Of a stretch of 59,407 nt of DNA, positions 37,601 through 52,600 are shown piece by piece. The notes under the pieces were generated by a model, which saw only the letters and a list, made by a program, of their open reading frames with translations, did not search any database and was not told the origin of the DNA. This stretch comes from Chiloscyllium plagiosum (Eukaryota). The position numbers were made by a program, and so were the translations under genes. Position 1 is the first letter of the stretch, and each line of letters starts with the position of its first letter. Location of the stretch: positions 13,088,322 to 13,147,728 of the forward strand of contig NC_057751.1 of NCBI RefSeq assembly GCF_004010195.1, read 5' to 3'.

Positions 37601-40600
37601 ATCCTCCAAACCCACGACTACTTCCATCTAGAAGGATAAGGGCAGCAGATATATGGGAACACCACTACCTTCAAGTTCCCCTCTACGCCACTCACCATCC
37701 TGACTTGGAAATATATCACCATTCCTTCACTGTCGACGGGTCAAAATCCTGGAATTGCCTCCCTAATGTGGGTCAAACCACAACAGGTAGACGCCTCCCT
37801 AATGTGGGTCAAACCACAACAGGTAGACTCACCACCACCTTCAAGGGCAACTAGGGACAGGCAATAAATGCTGGCCAGCAAGCATCGCCCACAACACAGA
37901 AAAATAAATGAATTAAAAAAGAAGTCAAGATGGTGAATGGCTTGGAGGGGAATTTGTAGGGGGTGGTGTTACCATATATCTGCTGCCCCTTTTCCTTCTA
38001 GATGGAAGTGGTTGTGGGTTTGGAAGGTACTGGTCTCAGGATCTTTGAATTTCTGCAGTGCATCTTGTAGATGGTACACACTGCTACTGATTGTCAGTGG
38101 TGGAGGGAGTGGATGCAATGCCAATCAAGTGAGCAACTTTGCCCTAGATGGTATCAAGCTTTGAGTGTTGTTGGAGTTGCACTCATCCATGGCAAGTGGG
38201 AACTATTCCATCACATTTCTGACTCCTGCTTTGTAGGTGGACAGGTTTTGGGGAGTCATGAGGAGAGTTAGTCATGGCAGTATTCCAACCTCTGACCTGC
38301 TTTTATAGCCACTGTTTATGTGGGGAGTCCACTGAAGTTACGAAATTCCACAATTTTGAACAAACACGAGTAATCTTTACAATATCGTGTTAGAATAGTA
38401 ACGATCTTGTAAAGACCGCAGCGTTTTTTTTGTTTTTGATGGTGGACTGTAAAGGGAGAACAATGATTTGAAACAGCAAAAAAAAGGATTGTTGAAGGGA
38501 TTACAACAGTTTTTGCAAACTAAGCTACCTGACACCTACTTCAAGACTGTTTACAGAGGTGCTGGTTCACACAGTGGAGGACTGTTTACAGAAAACTTGG
38601 ACCACAGCAGAGATTCAGCCAGCAACAAGTGGCTAATTGATAATTGGTCCCTACTCCAAATATCACTGACAAAGGTCTGCCAACAATTCAGTGATTGTTT
38701 TCTGCTGCCTCCGAATCATTCGTAAAAAGACATCTGATCACTGCCTGTTTTCTGCACTAAAAACCACTTGAAGCCTGAAGGAAACCAATTTTACTTTTCC
38801 TTCAGCAGTTGCTGTAAGTAGTAACTTAAGAAGTCAGAAACATTTTTAAGCATGAACCAGTCACCATGTGCTGCTTGCAAACAACTGATAATATTCAGAA
38901 ATGGAAGACCAAGAAGCACAAGAATCATTTTAGCAAGCCACGTGAACAGGAACCATGAGCTGATTCCCAGAGCTACCCTCCACCCATATCTTTTTCTCTG
39001 ATTTGGAGTGCATCTACATTCAATAAACAAGAGTTAATAATGGGATTAGAGTTTTAACTTGGAGGATTATATGCTGACCATTCATAACTGGTCAAATGGA
39101 AAGACAGTCCATTTACTTGTAAAAGAGTAGCAATTCTTGTTAAGTATAGAAAGCTAATGTGTTGTCAACTTGAGTCAGAAAGTCAGGTTAATGGAGGATT
39201 TCTGCATATTTTTTGAAATGGTTGAGTTTGTGACAACTCAAAATAGCAGAGCCTGATTTCCAGCACATTGCCAGAGTAAGGCCTAAAATTTTAACATCCA
39301 ATTAGATGTAAGTGGAGGTCAATATGTTGAACAGAAACGGATCAGAAACCTCATGGAGCACACCAAGTCACAGGTACGATTGTAACGGACACCACAGATT
39401 TCCCAAAAGGTCCACAGACCTCAGTACCATTGCTGGTCATCAAACATGTCAAAAAAAAAACTTTACAGGGATTCAAATCCGGGAAGGGACTGTGATAAAG
39501 GGATTGATGATTTAGCACTATTCTCTCCTAAAAGTCTAGTTTCAGATCTCCCTCAGAAGGCAATCTGCCATAGGTTAACTCAATGACTCATGTTCAGGTA
39601 GTTAGACTTCTGCTCCTGAGTGTACACACCCAAACTCTGGGAACTCCACTCTGATCACAACTGCAGCTTTTCATAAACAGTTTGCTTCAACATGACACCA
39701 TTGTCACTGGGTTTTTTTTCCCCTCCTTCCTCTGGGTTTTTTTTGTCCCCATCTCTCTCACCTCTTGTTTAGCTGCACCACGTCTATGCTGCTAGTTGAC
39801 TTTCCAACCGTCAATTTTCAACTGCAGTGAAACAGGAATAACTCACTGGCTTGAGCTTCTTGTTTCTAGGACTTTGTCAAGCCCAACTCGAACACTTAGC
39901 TGTGTCTACTGACTCCTCAGATTTGAAAGTCCTAACTGTATGCAGCAATCCAACTACTGTTGGGACTTCTCCCTGAGCCGTAATGCCAAAGAACCCTGTA
40001 GTCTTCTCTGAAGTACAGCAGTGTCCCTACTTCCGGCCAGAATATCCAGGTTTAAGTCCCACCTACTCCAGAGGTGGGTCATAACACGTCTCCAGTTTGA
40101 TAAATCTAACTGCCCTTGCAACTTGTCAAATTCATTTCTTGTGCTTATTCCAAGTTCCTGGTCCCTTACAAAATATAATGCAAAATTACAAATAGAATAT
40201 ATTCTTGTGCAATTGATGAACCAGAACTGAATTCCTCATGCTCGGCATCATTGTGTACTGTCCAAATCGCATGTGCTATTTTTATATTTCAGTGTAAGCC
40301 ATTTACCTTCAAAATCAACGTCACCAACAAGTTTGGGCTTCCCGGTGACTGGGTCCTGGATACGATTGATACCAACATCGATGACTGCTGCTCCTTCTTT
40401 AATCATATCAGCTGTGATTAGCTTTGGAATACCTGCAATGCACAAGTAATGGTGATTAAGTCACAATTCTGTGCGTACGCAATTTTGTTTATCGGAGACA
40501 AAAACAGAAATTGCTTTACAGCATCCTTAGTTCTTTTGGTTTCTGTTATTCTCAGGACTGTATTTTTAATGAGCACATTGTCTTTGGCGTTTACGAAATT

Positions 40601-43600
40601 AGGATGGGACTGTGATGAAAACAAGTTTGTCTACATGGAAGGTTATGAATCTTTGTACATGTCTATACAAGAGGATTCTGGGTTCCAATATAATCATGAC
40701 TAAAAGTTTCATATTGTTGGACATTAGGGCCACAAAATACAGAGGTAGGTTAGGAAAATGAATTTGATGGGCAAGTTGAGTCATGATCTATTTAAAGTGG
40801 TACAAAAGGCAGCAGTGACTGTACAACCTGTTGCTGCTCCCATTTTTTTTGGATACATAACCTCTGACAAGTCAGGAATTCTGAATTAAACTCAAGTGAT
40901 ATTTTTTGAAACATATCTGTCAACGCAAATATTTTAAACATGTTATGACTTTGAATTCACACCCAAATTAAGAGATTTCAAGAATAAACAGCAAACTATT
41001 GCCTGATCAGTCACAGGATGTTGCACAACTTAATTTCCTCCCATTACTGCAAGACAAAGAACCATCAGATTTACAGAACATAGCATTTGTGGAAAATAAA
41101 CCCCAAAAAAGGATATAATTTGAGAATTTAGGGGAAATTTAAACCTTAAAATGCAGAGAACAGGAAAAGAAACATGTATTACAAGTTTGCCATTTCCAGA
41201 AACAATGAGAAATAACACAAATGGCTTCTCACCATCCTTGCACCAAGTTAAATTTGTTTTGTGATACTGTTATCAACATAATCACAACTGTCTCAATGCT
41301 GTGCAACCATTGGGACAGAATATCCTTCTGACAGTTCTGAGAAACTGCAAATATCATGGATCAACATTAAAAAAAAACACTTTGTCTCTGCCTCGTCTCT
41401 ATTCGTTCTCTTGTCTGGACAGATAAAGGAGCAAAGTAGATTAACTGCAGACTCATTTTGCAATTTAAAAAAAAGGTGTTTGGCTTAATTCGTGAAACAT
41501 AGTGCCACCGCAGTAAATTTCATGACATTTTAGTTAGGCATGTCAAGAACATTCTTCATTTATCTTACTTGACTTTTTGGGGTGGGGTGGGGGAAAGGGA
41601 GGAAGAGATGGAAGGGGCGACAGGAGTTGAGTTGATCAGATTCAGGAATGGATTAGGAAAAAAAAAACCCCAAAAAAAAGTAGAGAGCTGACAATAGTTC
41701 AATGAACATTTGGCAGATCAAATTTTGATTAAACATGGTTAAACATGGGGCAGCACGGTGGCTCAGGTGGTTAGCATGGGCATGGGTGGGTTACTCTTCA
41801 GCGGGTTGGTGTAGACTGCTGGGCTGAAGGGCCTGCCTCCATACTGTAGGGAATCTAATCTAAATCAAAAAAAGTTTAGACCTAAAAATCCATCACAGTC
41901 AGGGTGATGGAAAAATCCAGACACTCCCTTAGGGAGTCATTACTCCAGAACGACCTACCCCAATTTTCTGAAAACAAAAGAAAACCTTGAGGATAACAAA
42001 ACTTAGACTTTGCGTGCCAGTCAGTATGCACATGTGGCTGCATGCATGACATGTGTGGTTGGGAGGGGTGTAGTTCTACTTTCTACCAATTTGTGAAACC
42101 CAGGCTCAAACATGACTGAAGCATGAAAGCTCACCTGCTGCAGCCACAATAATATCAGCAAGCTTGGTGTGTTCCCTCAGCTGGTCTTTGGGTGTGTATC
42201 GATGAGAGATGGTCACTGTAGCATCCCCTGCAAGATAACAACTGCTTTATTGCAAGTAGTGATCAAAGCAACAAATTCCCTTTCTGCACAAAAGATTAGG
42301 ATGAGATACGAGAACACAAAGTCGAACAAAACAGGGCACCATCTCTTCCAGTGAGCCACCAGTAAAATATAACTTCAAACAAAAAAAAAACTATGATGAA
42401 GCTTTTCAAACAAAAGATGCACTGTGATGATCAATGCCATAAATTCTTTCCTAACTAGTGAAAACGTATGAGATAGTACCTTAATTCTCCATTCCAACTG
42501 TGACAAAACAGGACTATATAGTCAAAGGAACAAGAACAAGGAGGCACACTTTTAAAGATGGAAGGCAATGGTTCACAGAGGATTTAAGGAAAACCATTTC
42601 AATCAAAAGGGTTTTGGGAGTTTGAAATGCACAGCCTGGGAGGATAGTTGAAGCAGGAAATCTCAACCTTCCAAAAGTACTTTGATGAACATTTGAAGCA
42701 GTGCTAGGAGAAGTGCTATTCTATTGTATTTTTGTCAGTACAGACTTACAGGATCGAAAGGCCTCTTCTGTTCTGGTGTTTTTCTAGGAGTTGCTGTAGG
42801 AGTTTTATTGTTACAGCTTAGCAGCTGGAGGCTGCTCAAACACAGATAGATTGTAACTTGGTCAAACAGCAAAGGGTGCTAGGGACATTGGCCAAGTAAA
42901 AACACTGAAATCACAAAAACCCACACACCAGACAGAAACAGTGTGAACGCAGCAGTCCGGTACTAAATGATATTAGCATAAGAGTAAAAGGCAACAATTA
43001 ACCTGCATAGACATACCCCCAACAACTTATTCACTAAACACAGAAAGGCACCAGGTCCTTCTACACAAAAACCAGCTCTAGCAAGCAAACCAAATGATTG
43101 ACGATATTTCAAACTATGAAGAATGTCTCACTGATCTAGGCCAAAACTATAGAAAACTCATCTACAAGGTATAAGAGGAGACTTCACCTGCAGACCTCTT
43201 TCATGGAATCATCGGGAGGCCTTCAGAGGGAGACCAGAATGGCAGGAGACCAGCTGATCATCCAGACAAAGATGGACAGAAAGAAAGAAAGCAGCTTCAT
43301 ATACCCAGAGGGAGCTTAGATCTACAGGAGACTTGGAAAGTTTTGTATGCTTAAGGGACCAAAAAGGATTAGAGATTGTATGTTTAGTATTAAAAGGTTA
43401 TTGTAACTTGGTTCCTAATAAAGTTGGGTCCTTTTTGCATTGGTACTGTCTTGTGTTCGTATTGATTTGACCGCTTTGGTATTGTGGGACACCTGGGCAA
43501 ATTCATTCATAACATTCTGGTTGGAGTTGTCTAAATCATTTTGACAGACTAGACAAACAGTTTTGACAAGAGCCAAACAATTCATATCACACTGGTTCCT

Positions 43601-46600
43601 TTACATAAAAGTTTTCTTCCAAAAAGAAAAGCAAGCTTTAACAGATTCCACTGAATTCCTTACTGTCTAAGGCTGTCTGTCCATAGGAAATGTCCCCACA
43701 CTTCCCATGGGAAAATTCAATGATAAGATGCAGAAATGAACAGACACTGGAATGTGGATTGACTAAGATGCATTGTAAATGGCCCAAGGATAAAGATAGG
43801 GCTCGCTAGTAAACACTGCGATCGTGCCAATATCTAGAATTGTCCATAAGGGTGCCCATCACTAATCCTACAGTCACATGATTAACTTGATGGGATGTGT
43901 ATCTGATCAATTAGTAATGCAATTGATTTGTGTTTTCAGCCTGCCTTTGTCACATGTATAAAAGCTTAGGTCTTTCCTTCATTCAATGAAGCAGCTTCTG
44001 GACCCCCAGAGGTTCCTTCCCACTGGTGCGATGTCAAAATATTCTGAGGATAAAAGTAGACTCTGTGTGTTGAGGGATTTATTTAGTCATTCTGCACCAA
44101 CAGGAGAAACCATTTAGATTAGATTTAGATTACATTAGATTAGATTACATTACAGTGTGGAAACAGGCCCTTCGGCCCAACAAGTCCACACCGACCCGCC
44201 GAAGCGAAACCCACCCATACCCCTACATTTACCCCTTACCTAACACTACGGGCAATTTAGCATGGCCAATTCACCTGACCCTGCACATCTTTGTGACTGT
44301 GGGAGGAAACCGGAGCACCCGGAGGAAACCCACGCAGACACGGGGAGAACGTGCAAACTCCACACAGTCAGTCGCCTGAGGCGGGAAATTTGAAAAATGT
44401 ATCAAGAGTCTTGCTATGTGCATTTCATAAAACCATGTCAGCAAATGCTTCTACTGCTAATTGCACATGAAGTTTTGTATTTTTGTTGCTTTATCCTTCC
44501 ATTATCTTGCCTGGTAAAGTACCTTGGTTTAATTTTATCCAGATTGTAAGGAGCCTAACTGTAATAGACAGGTTCTTAGCAACAATGGATGGTATGGTGG
44601 GCATTTGTTAGCTTTCACTATCAAGTACAATTTATACAACAGGTCACAGGAGTCAGATTTACTGTGAAATTAGAATGGAATAGCAGCATGCTATAGCTTT
44701 TTTTTTCAGGAAAAAAATAGTTTTTTTTTCCTCAGAACATTTTTATAACAAAAGTATTACGGACTTTCCTTTTCCCTGACACAATATTACAAAACACTTT
44801 GATAATAAAAGCAAAATGCTCTGGATGCTGGAGATCTGAAAATATAAACAAACACTGGGACAACCTCAGGAGGTGTGGCAACGTCTGTGGAGAGAGAAAC
44901 AAAGTTGACATCGGGTCCAATATGACTCTTCTGCAAAGATCTTGGGCTTACAATGTCGTCATATAAGACTCCAGCAGCTCACGTTTTCAGTGCACAAACA
45001 TTTCGACCTTAACTATACCTGATAAATATCATGATGGCATTTGCAAAGTTTCACCATGGGCCATTCTGAACAACCACTGAAGGAGAATAAGTAGAATAGA
45101 CTGAACCTCAAAAATGGAAGTCCTGTTAAACATTTAATTCTTCATAGCACGATTCTCTCTTTCCTCACCTCCAGGTCGTTCGTGTGCCCCATCAGTATGG
45201 AGAAGCATAGCAATGGGCATTCCAACATTTTTTGACCGTCCAGCCACAACAACATTCTTTCCAAGAGTTGCAATTCCTGGATGGAAAACATTATCCTGTT
45301 AGAGAACTGCCACAACTTTTATGATGAAATATTGACCACACATCTCTCACACTACAATGCAGTTTTTGCCAAGGCTGCAATCTGATGAAACCTGATTAGG
45401 GGAGGTGATTGCCTGTTGGTATTATTGCTGAACTGTTAATCCAAAGACCAAAAAAGGTCACGTTCTGGGGACTCAGGTTCAAATCCCATCAGAGCAGAAT
45501 GGTGGAATGTGAATTCAACAAAGACCTGCAATTCCCTCCAGAGAACCAAGGGTCCTAACTGTGGTTTCTCTTCTAGGCTGACTGAAAAAAAAAAACTGTT
45601 GATTGTTTCCTGAAATATGAAAAATTATCCTCGTACCCTCCCGCCCTCGCCCATCGAAAACTCTTGTTTCCCTGTTCTATTACGTACAATACATTTGGCT
45701 GAAGTTCCCCTAATTGTACATTTTTGCACTGTGTGTCAACACCAAGATTATGTTTTTTGGTGATCTAAGTCAAGGGAATTTCTGTTCCTTCAGACAAGCA
45801 AAGGGAACACTGGCAGAGCCCTTGGTTTATCCCCATATTTGAAAATAGTAATCCACCTCAATTGCACTAAACTTGGTCTATTTTAAATAGATCAGGTTTT
45901 GAAACAAAAAAAAAAATTTGAATAGACATGAAACATTTCAGAAATCAAGCAATGTACAAGTAAGTGTGTTTATACATCTCTGCTCAAATAACCAATTGTT
46001 ATAAAGTACTTCAGCAACATTTTATTTAAGATTACCTGTTCTTTGGATTATTTCCCACACTCCCCAAGGTGTAGCAGGCAGCATCGACTTCTGATCCAGA
46101 CACATGCGACCTACATTGATCACGTGAAATCCATCCACATCCTTGGTAGGGGACACTGCATTACAGATCTTGCGTTCATCGAGGTGTTCTAGGAAAATGA
46201 AATGAATGAACATTTACAAGCGTAAATTAGCAGTACATAGAGCCTATGTGCATCACTTATTTTTTTTTTTAGAAAATATAAAAGAAAAGATTCCAACTGG
46301 TCTATAAAATGAAGAGTGTTCCAATTTAACAATTTAATAAGCATGAAACTGAGCTGTGTTATTCTAAACATTTCAACAGTTGCTTCCAGGAGGAAAAGAA
46401 CAAGGCAGAAAGGAAATAGAAGGACATGTTGATGGTTGAAATGAAAAAATTGAAAAAATTGTGAGCATGTACATGGCAGAGACCCTTTGGGCCAAAATGA
46501 TCTGTTACTGTGTCATAAATGCAAGATTTTTAATATTCGCACAGGTCCCACTCCTCTCACAACAGAATGAAACAGCGATTTCACCACAGGAGTTTTTCCA

Positions 46601-49600
46601 GGAGAAAAACTGAAGCATAATACTCAAAATACTAAAGATGGTTTTACTGTATTTTAAACTTCATTTTTACTACATACAATGGTAAAGAAAGCAGAATTCT
46701 GTTCCTAATAGCAGGTTGATATTCAATAGGATAGCAATGAATCAAAAGGCAGTGAAGTAGCAATCCCAAAGTGCCATGAGGTACAGTAAACAAGAAATAA
46801 AACTGGTAATACTAGTCAAGCAATTCTTCTGCTCCATGTCTTCTCATCTGCCAATGGCATTTAAAATTTCATCTCCAATGCATTCCCCTCACTTGCAAAA
46901 ATATCAACTGATGAATAGTAAATGGCAGTCAATGGAATAAGAGGGAAAATTCAATGACCACAGCAAGATAAAACATTTCCACCAATTTTGCAGTCAGCTC
47001 CCTGAGCATAATATACTACCATTAATTTTGGACATCGACCGGTATGGTAAATGCTCCTTGGTATTAATCGGAAAATAGAGGTTGGCTGTTCAGCTATTCA
47101 AGTGTTTTCAATCATTCTGTCATGGGAGATCATCTAGCTCAGCTTATCTGTATATCCCTGAAGAATCTCACATCTAGGATTTCCTTTTCTCTTCCTATCC
47201 GAAATGTGATGACTAAGATTTCAAAGTTCTCTTGAGGGGGAGGGAGGGAACTCAAAAGGGATTTGTCACCCATTGGACGAAGAAATTACTCATCTTAACC
47301 CTAAATTTTGAGATACATGATGCTGGTTGAATGTTCTTTTTAGTTAACTCCTGTTTTAGCGATCATGACATGCTACACTTGAAAAATCAATCACAAATGA
47401 CAGTTTCTGGGTTGGGACCCCTGAAGGAAGATTTTTTTCTTAAATAAAAAACAAACAAACAAACAGTTGTCAAATGTTCTTTCTTTTCCCCCTTTAAATT
47501 CATCCGAGCGCCTCTATTCACAGTTTGGTCACGCGGATCTCAATACAACTTTTAGGCATCTTTATATTCCCATACAAGGTGGTGCAAATAAGACAGTAAA
47601 GAGTCAGTCTGGGTGCTCCAATTCAACTGTTTACAGACTGTTAAAGATACGATCTGGTTTCATAACATTCTTGGGGAGAGGAGGAAAATACATTTGGTAA
47701 GTTTCTTTGGGAAATCTGGAGCATAAAAATCCTAATTATTGGAATGTCTATGTTGGTTCTTGACATGTGCCCAGATCTGTAACTGGACAGTGACAAAGAC
47801 TGCTGTTGATCTTTTAAGCAGTGACATAGCAAACAGCACCAATGGCCAAAAGCTTATAAACACATGCAATTTAATGTAATGTGATTTACATTAGAAAAAA
47901 AAGTGAGCATCCAGATAAATGGTGGGGATGAGGAAAAGACTCTTTCACCAAGTGACTGAATTAATTCCACGACATCAGAATTACTGGATGAAATAAGAAC
48001 TGAGGAAATGATGATTGCATCTTTGAACAAAGTTGCAACAGGGGCAAGAAGCACACCAGTTAGTACTGGACTGAGCTGGTAATGAGCCTGCACATTGACA
48101 ATTAATCAGATGGCTTCACGCTGTCTTGAAAACATCTTCAGATGTATTATTTCATGTGAGGCACAGTTAACAACCTTTTCACATGCAATATTCAAAAATG
48201 TAGAAAACAAACCGATAAAGAACAAACAAACATTTGAGCTGGGCGTGTCGTGGAATGAAAATTGCCTTGCACTCAAGTCAGAGTATCTCTCAGATATCAA
48301 AACTCCAGCTGCACACAACGTAAAAAAACAAAACTTAAAAAATGGGTTCACCAAGGCAAGTGGTTAAAATTGTTTCTGAATAATAATACAAAAAGGCCTA
48401 CTTTACATGGAATTCCAATTTTATTAAAAAAAAAGCTTTCAAACAAAGTCCTTGCAGTTTTTTGTCCAATAACTAACTTCAGTTGTGCTGCACTATAACA
48501 TCTTTGATGTGAAAAACTAAGTGATATAAATTCAAATCTAGTTTAAAACAATTAAGAACAGGATTGTTAAGAAAATGTGGAGAAATCCTTATTCATTTAA
48601 GCATTTCTTAGGCATGATTAAAATTTGGCAGCTATATGTTCCAGCTACTCAAATAATTGATTTGAATACAACTCAAAAACAACCCAAAAAGAAAAACAAA
48701 ACATGTTTATTTGATTAAATAGAACTACTAAGTATTCAGATCAAACACAAGAGCTCACTTGAGTACCACACTCTTACCAGGCAGAGGTAGCTGTACAAGC
48801 AAACCATCAACTTCGTCATCATTGTTGAGCTTATCAATCAGCTGGAGTACTTCTTCCTCAGTGATGCTGGCTGGTTTCAGAATGGTCTCACTCGTGATAC
48901 CTGTTTAATAAAGCAAAATAACTATTACTACAATGAAACATCCAAAATTCAAATCGGCACTGTCAGTCAATGATCATACCAGCCTGTTCTATCAACTTAT
49001 TGCCTATTGTTACCCTGAACTCAAGTCTGTCAAAATTTAGTCAGCAAATGGTATGGTAAAGTAAAGCAAAGCAAAGCATTGCCCAAGTTGGAAAACTGAA
49101 ATATGACAAGATCATAGACATGCTTTTAAAGGTCTGATAGCATGAGTGGAGATAGGGACAGAGTTAAATGTTTCAGTTTGACAAAGTTTCATCAAAACAA
49201 GGAAGTGATTGGAGATGTGGCACTTCTGAAAACTTGATGCAGAGAAAAAGGAGACGTTAATATGACAAAAAGAAAACTCCGCTGATACTGTGAAAACTAT
49301 GGAATGCATCGGGGTGGAAGGTAGCAAATGTGAGATAACTGGACAAGTGAAAGCCAAAGATAGCCCTAAGAATGTTAAAACAAGGAACCAAAGTAAATGA
49401 CTGTTATAGAAAATCATAAACAAGCACAAAACAGAACAAGGTTCTCAAAGGCTGTCAACAAAGGACCTTGAAGTCATCCTCAACACTTTAGAACTATGGT
49501 TAGTGGACTTCCAGTCACGTGAGCCTACTCCCAAGATACTCCTCTTCAGTTTTTGCTTCTGGATATAGTCAACGTATGTGCACCTTCAGAAAAAGAGCTA

Positions 49601-52600
49601 CGGCTACACACACTTTACACACCAGAGCCTGGCCGCACTCAAAAGCCACTGAGACACTCCTTTAGCACATCATTCACTATACAGACATCAAAAGCTGATT
49701 TTTCTCTTCTCACTTGGGGCCACCTCTCCAACTGTTAGCAGCAAGCTCAGATGTGGAACGAATCAGCAATCTTGTCCCTGTGTCTGATGCAGCTTCGCAC
49801 TGAGCAATCGGGAAAGCTAAGAATCATTTAAATAGAAACATGAACAAAACCAAATCAAGTGTTAGTGGAGAAGTTGGGAGCAAGGGAATAACAACAGCTA
49901 CATTTCTTTGAATAAGAAAACTTGGCAACACTTTTACACAGCATTTGTTTGGACAGCTGAAGTACTTTTATTTTTACAAAGTGTAGCTGCTGTCACAACG
50001 TCAGAAATACAGCAATCAATTTACACACAGCAATGTCCAGACAAAAAAACAAACAGTGATATTAAACAAATGAGTGATAACAATGGAATGATCAATAGTC
50101 ATAAAGTGGCACACCCACCACCAGTGGTGCAGCTCAAGTTGGGATTGCTCAGACACCCTGAATTAGAAGAATGCTGCAAGATCTTAAAATGGTTTAAAAA
50201 GAACAAATATTTTAAAGGTGAAAGCCAGTGTAGGTCATTAAGCACATGGCAGAGGAGAAAAACAGGGGTGCCAAGAGTTTGGATAGAGAGAGTTTCTAAA
50301 GATATCAAGTTTAAGAGGGCATTGGATGGATGCGAGAATTAGCGAGGCTAGTCACGATGCGTTGGAGGAGACAATTCAAGAGCTACTAAAAGCACCAATG
50401 AGATTTTTAAATTAAAGTTAGCACGAACAGGAGTGAATAACACAGACATGGAAGCAGGAGATCTGAGCACTCAAAGTTAGTCCACTGTGACATATGTCAC
50501 TGTGGACTAATTTTGGCACAAACCTGTGCCTAAATTGAAAGTCCTTTAGAATTGACATGATTGCCATTTGCCAAGTCACAAAGTACCTAACACTATGCCT
50601 TTAAGCAAGCCAGTTGTTTTATTTTTAAGATACTATTATTGCAAACCATATATTCTCATCTTTTCTCACCTAAACCCCCTGATCTTTTCTTCCCCTTGTG
50701 CTTTTTGATTGTGCATTAAAATTTATTTCATTTAAAAACTTACTTGGCTCACTTCAAAAGCAGCTTTTGGCCTACAGATGGAAGTTATCACATTTACTTG
50801 ATAATGTTCTGGCTGTGGTGAAACCCAGACGACAATTTTATACCACCATCATCTGATGCTACTAGTACCTGGAATCGTTCAGAGACTAAACTAGTTTTAA
50901 AAAGGCAAACATTGACTTAAGATAGTTGCAGTGGTCACCTGACCAACCTCAGGAAACATTGAATAAGAATCAATATTAACTGTTGTAATCTAATGATCCG
51001 AATCTAAGGCTTGAGTCACACTTATCGGAAAGTTACGCAGAATTTAAATTCTATATTATCATTAGCTTTCTGAAAACTTGATTAGTCTGTGAAAAACGTG
51101 TCCACAAAACCCCACACCTTAAGTACGTTTCAGGAACAACGGAATGGGGGTTGCTGGTTAAAATTCCTTCGTAACACCACCTTAAAAAGATGGCCAAATG
51201 ATATTGTCATTGTTCCCAAGTGACAAAATCTATTCTTCATAGTGGCAGGAAATGTCTTAAATTCCAACTGACATTAAAACTGAAGGATTTCTTTCATCAC
51301 TGGTGTTGTGTGAAACAGAATACTTGGATAAAAATGAACACAATACACTGAAATCCATACCTACATCAGCAGCAGCTTTTGTTTTGTTTTTCACATAGGA
51401 ATGACTGGCTGGATTGTCTCCAATTAGAACAACACTGAGATGTGGTCTCCGATTGCCGTCAGCAACCCAGTTCTCCACATCAACCTTGGCCTCTCTTTGG
51501 ATTTGCCTCGCAAGCCTTCTTCCAGAGATGACTACCGCCTCATTTCTGAAATTAAAATAGGCCAATAAAAATAAGCTCAAGGAAAATGTAGATTTTGAAA
51601 GTTTTCATTTGGAGGCCAAATTAGTCATAACATTTCTAACATGACATGAATATCTTAACAGGAAGAAAGGAATCGGAAGCAGGAATAGGTCTTTCAGCTG
51701 GTTTACCACACAGTAAAATCACTGCTGACCCAATTAGGGTCTCAACTCCAGCTTCATTTGTGTAATAAAAAGTTACCCAATTTAATGGCTCAGCCTCCAT
51801 CAATTTCTGGCTAGAAAAATTCCTCAGATCAAAGAGAAACAAATGCTCCGTCTTAAAAATTAGACAGCTTGGTTTTGAAAATGTTCCCAAGTTCTAGACA
51901 CCACCACGAGAAAGATTTGGCTTATATGCATTCTATTGATTCTATGGGTGAGTACTTGATACGGCTAACATAAAAGTGAAACTCGTGGTTGGGACAACAA
52001 TAGCAACTTTCATCTGTGCAGGCCTTGAATGCAGTAACAGTTACACACACGACATGTTTGGGGCTCATTGCAGTGTAGTGGCAGTGATCCTATCTGAGCA
52101 AGGACACGAAGATTCAAGTCACATTTATCCAAAGGGTTTTCATGAACATCTTGGAACAGGTGGATGAAACAATAGGTAGGTCATTGGATTGCTAGTCTGA
52201 CCATCACAGCTGATGCTAACCATAACTCCAGCTGATTGTCAACTTGTGCAGCAAGTGGAAGAAAGTCAATCACATAATATCACTCCCTTGAAGGTGTCAT
52301 GAAGGGATATGAAACATAGGATCTACTTTTAATCTGATTTAAATATTTACAAGCAAAACAGAATTAAAAACAGAAAGTGCAACGCACATGCAATTTTCAA
52401 TCTGTAGTTCAATAGCAAGATTGTGGTGCCACAGTTAATCTCAGTGAAGCAGCTGAAAAGACAAAGTTTGGCTTGGATCCCTGCTCCTTGTCTTTATCAA
52501 AAGACCTGATTTGGAACGGTGTCTAGGGACTTGGGATGAGAACCAGATCAAATCGGATTCTAATGTTTAAGTGTTCAATGATCTACAGGCACCAATGTCT

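Larger units (their letters stand above)
35570..38330 (-). mobile_element. Same-family LINE 3' fragment on the minus strand, split into 35570-35767 and 37922-38330
   Basis: Both pieces are reverse complements of adjacent parts of 37450-37910. Confidence 0.7.

Noticed and set aside
49908..50342. 144-aa plus-strand ORF in MTHFD2 intron 2
   Set aside because: No recognisable domain, TTG start, overlaps degraded repeat-like sequence.
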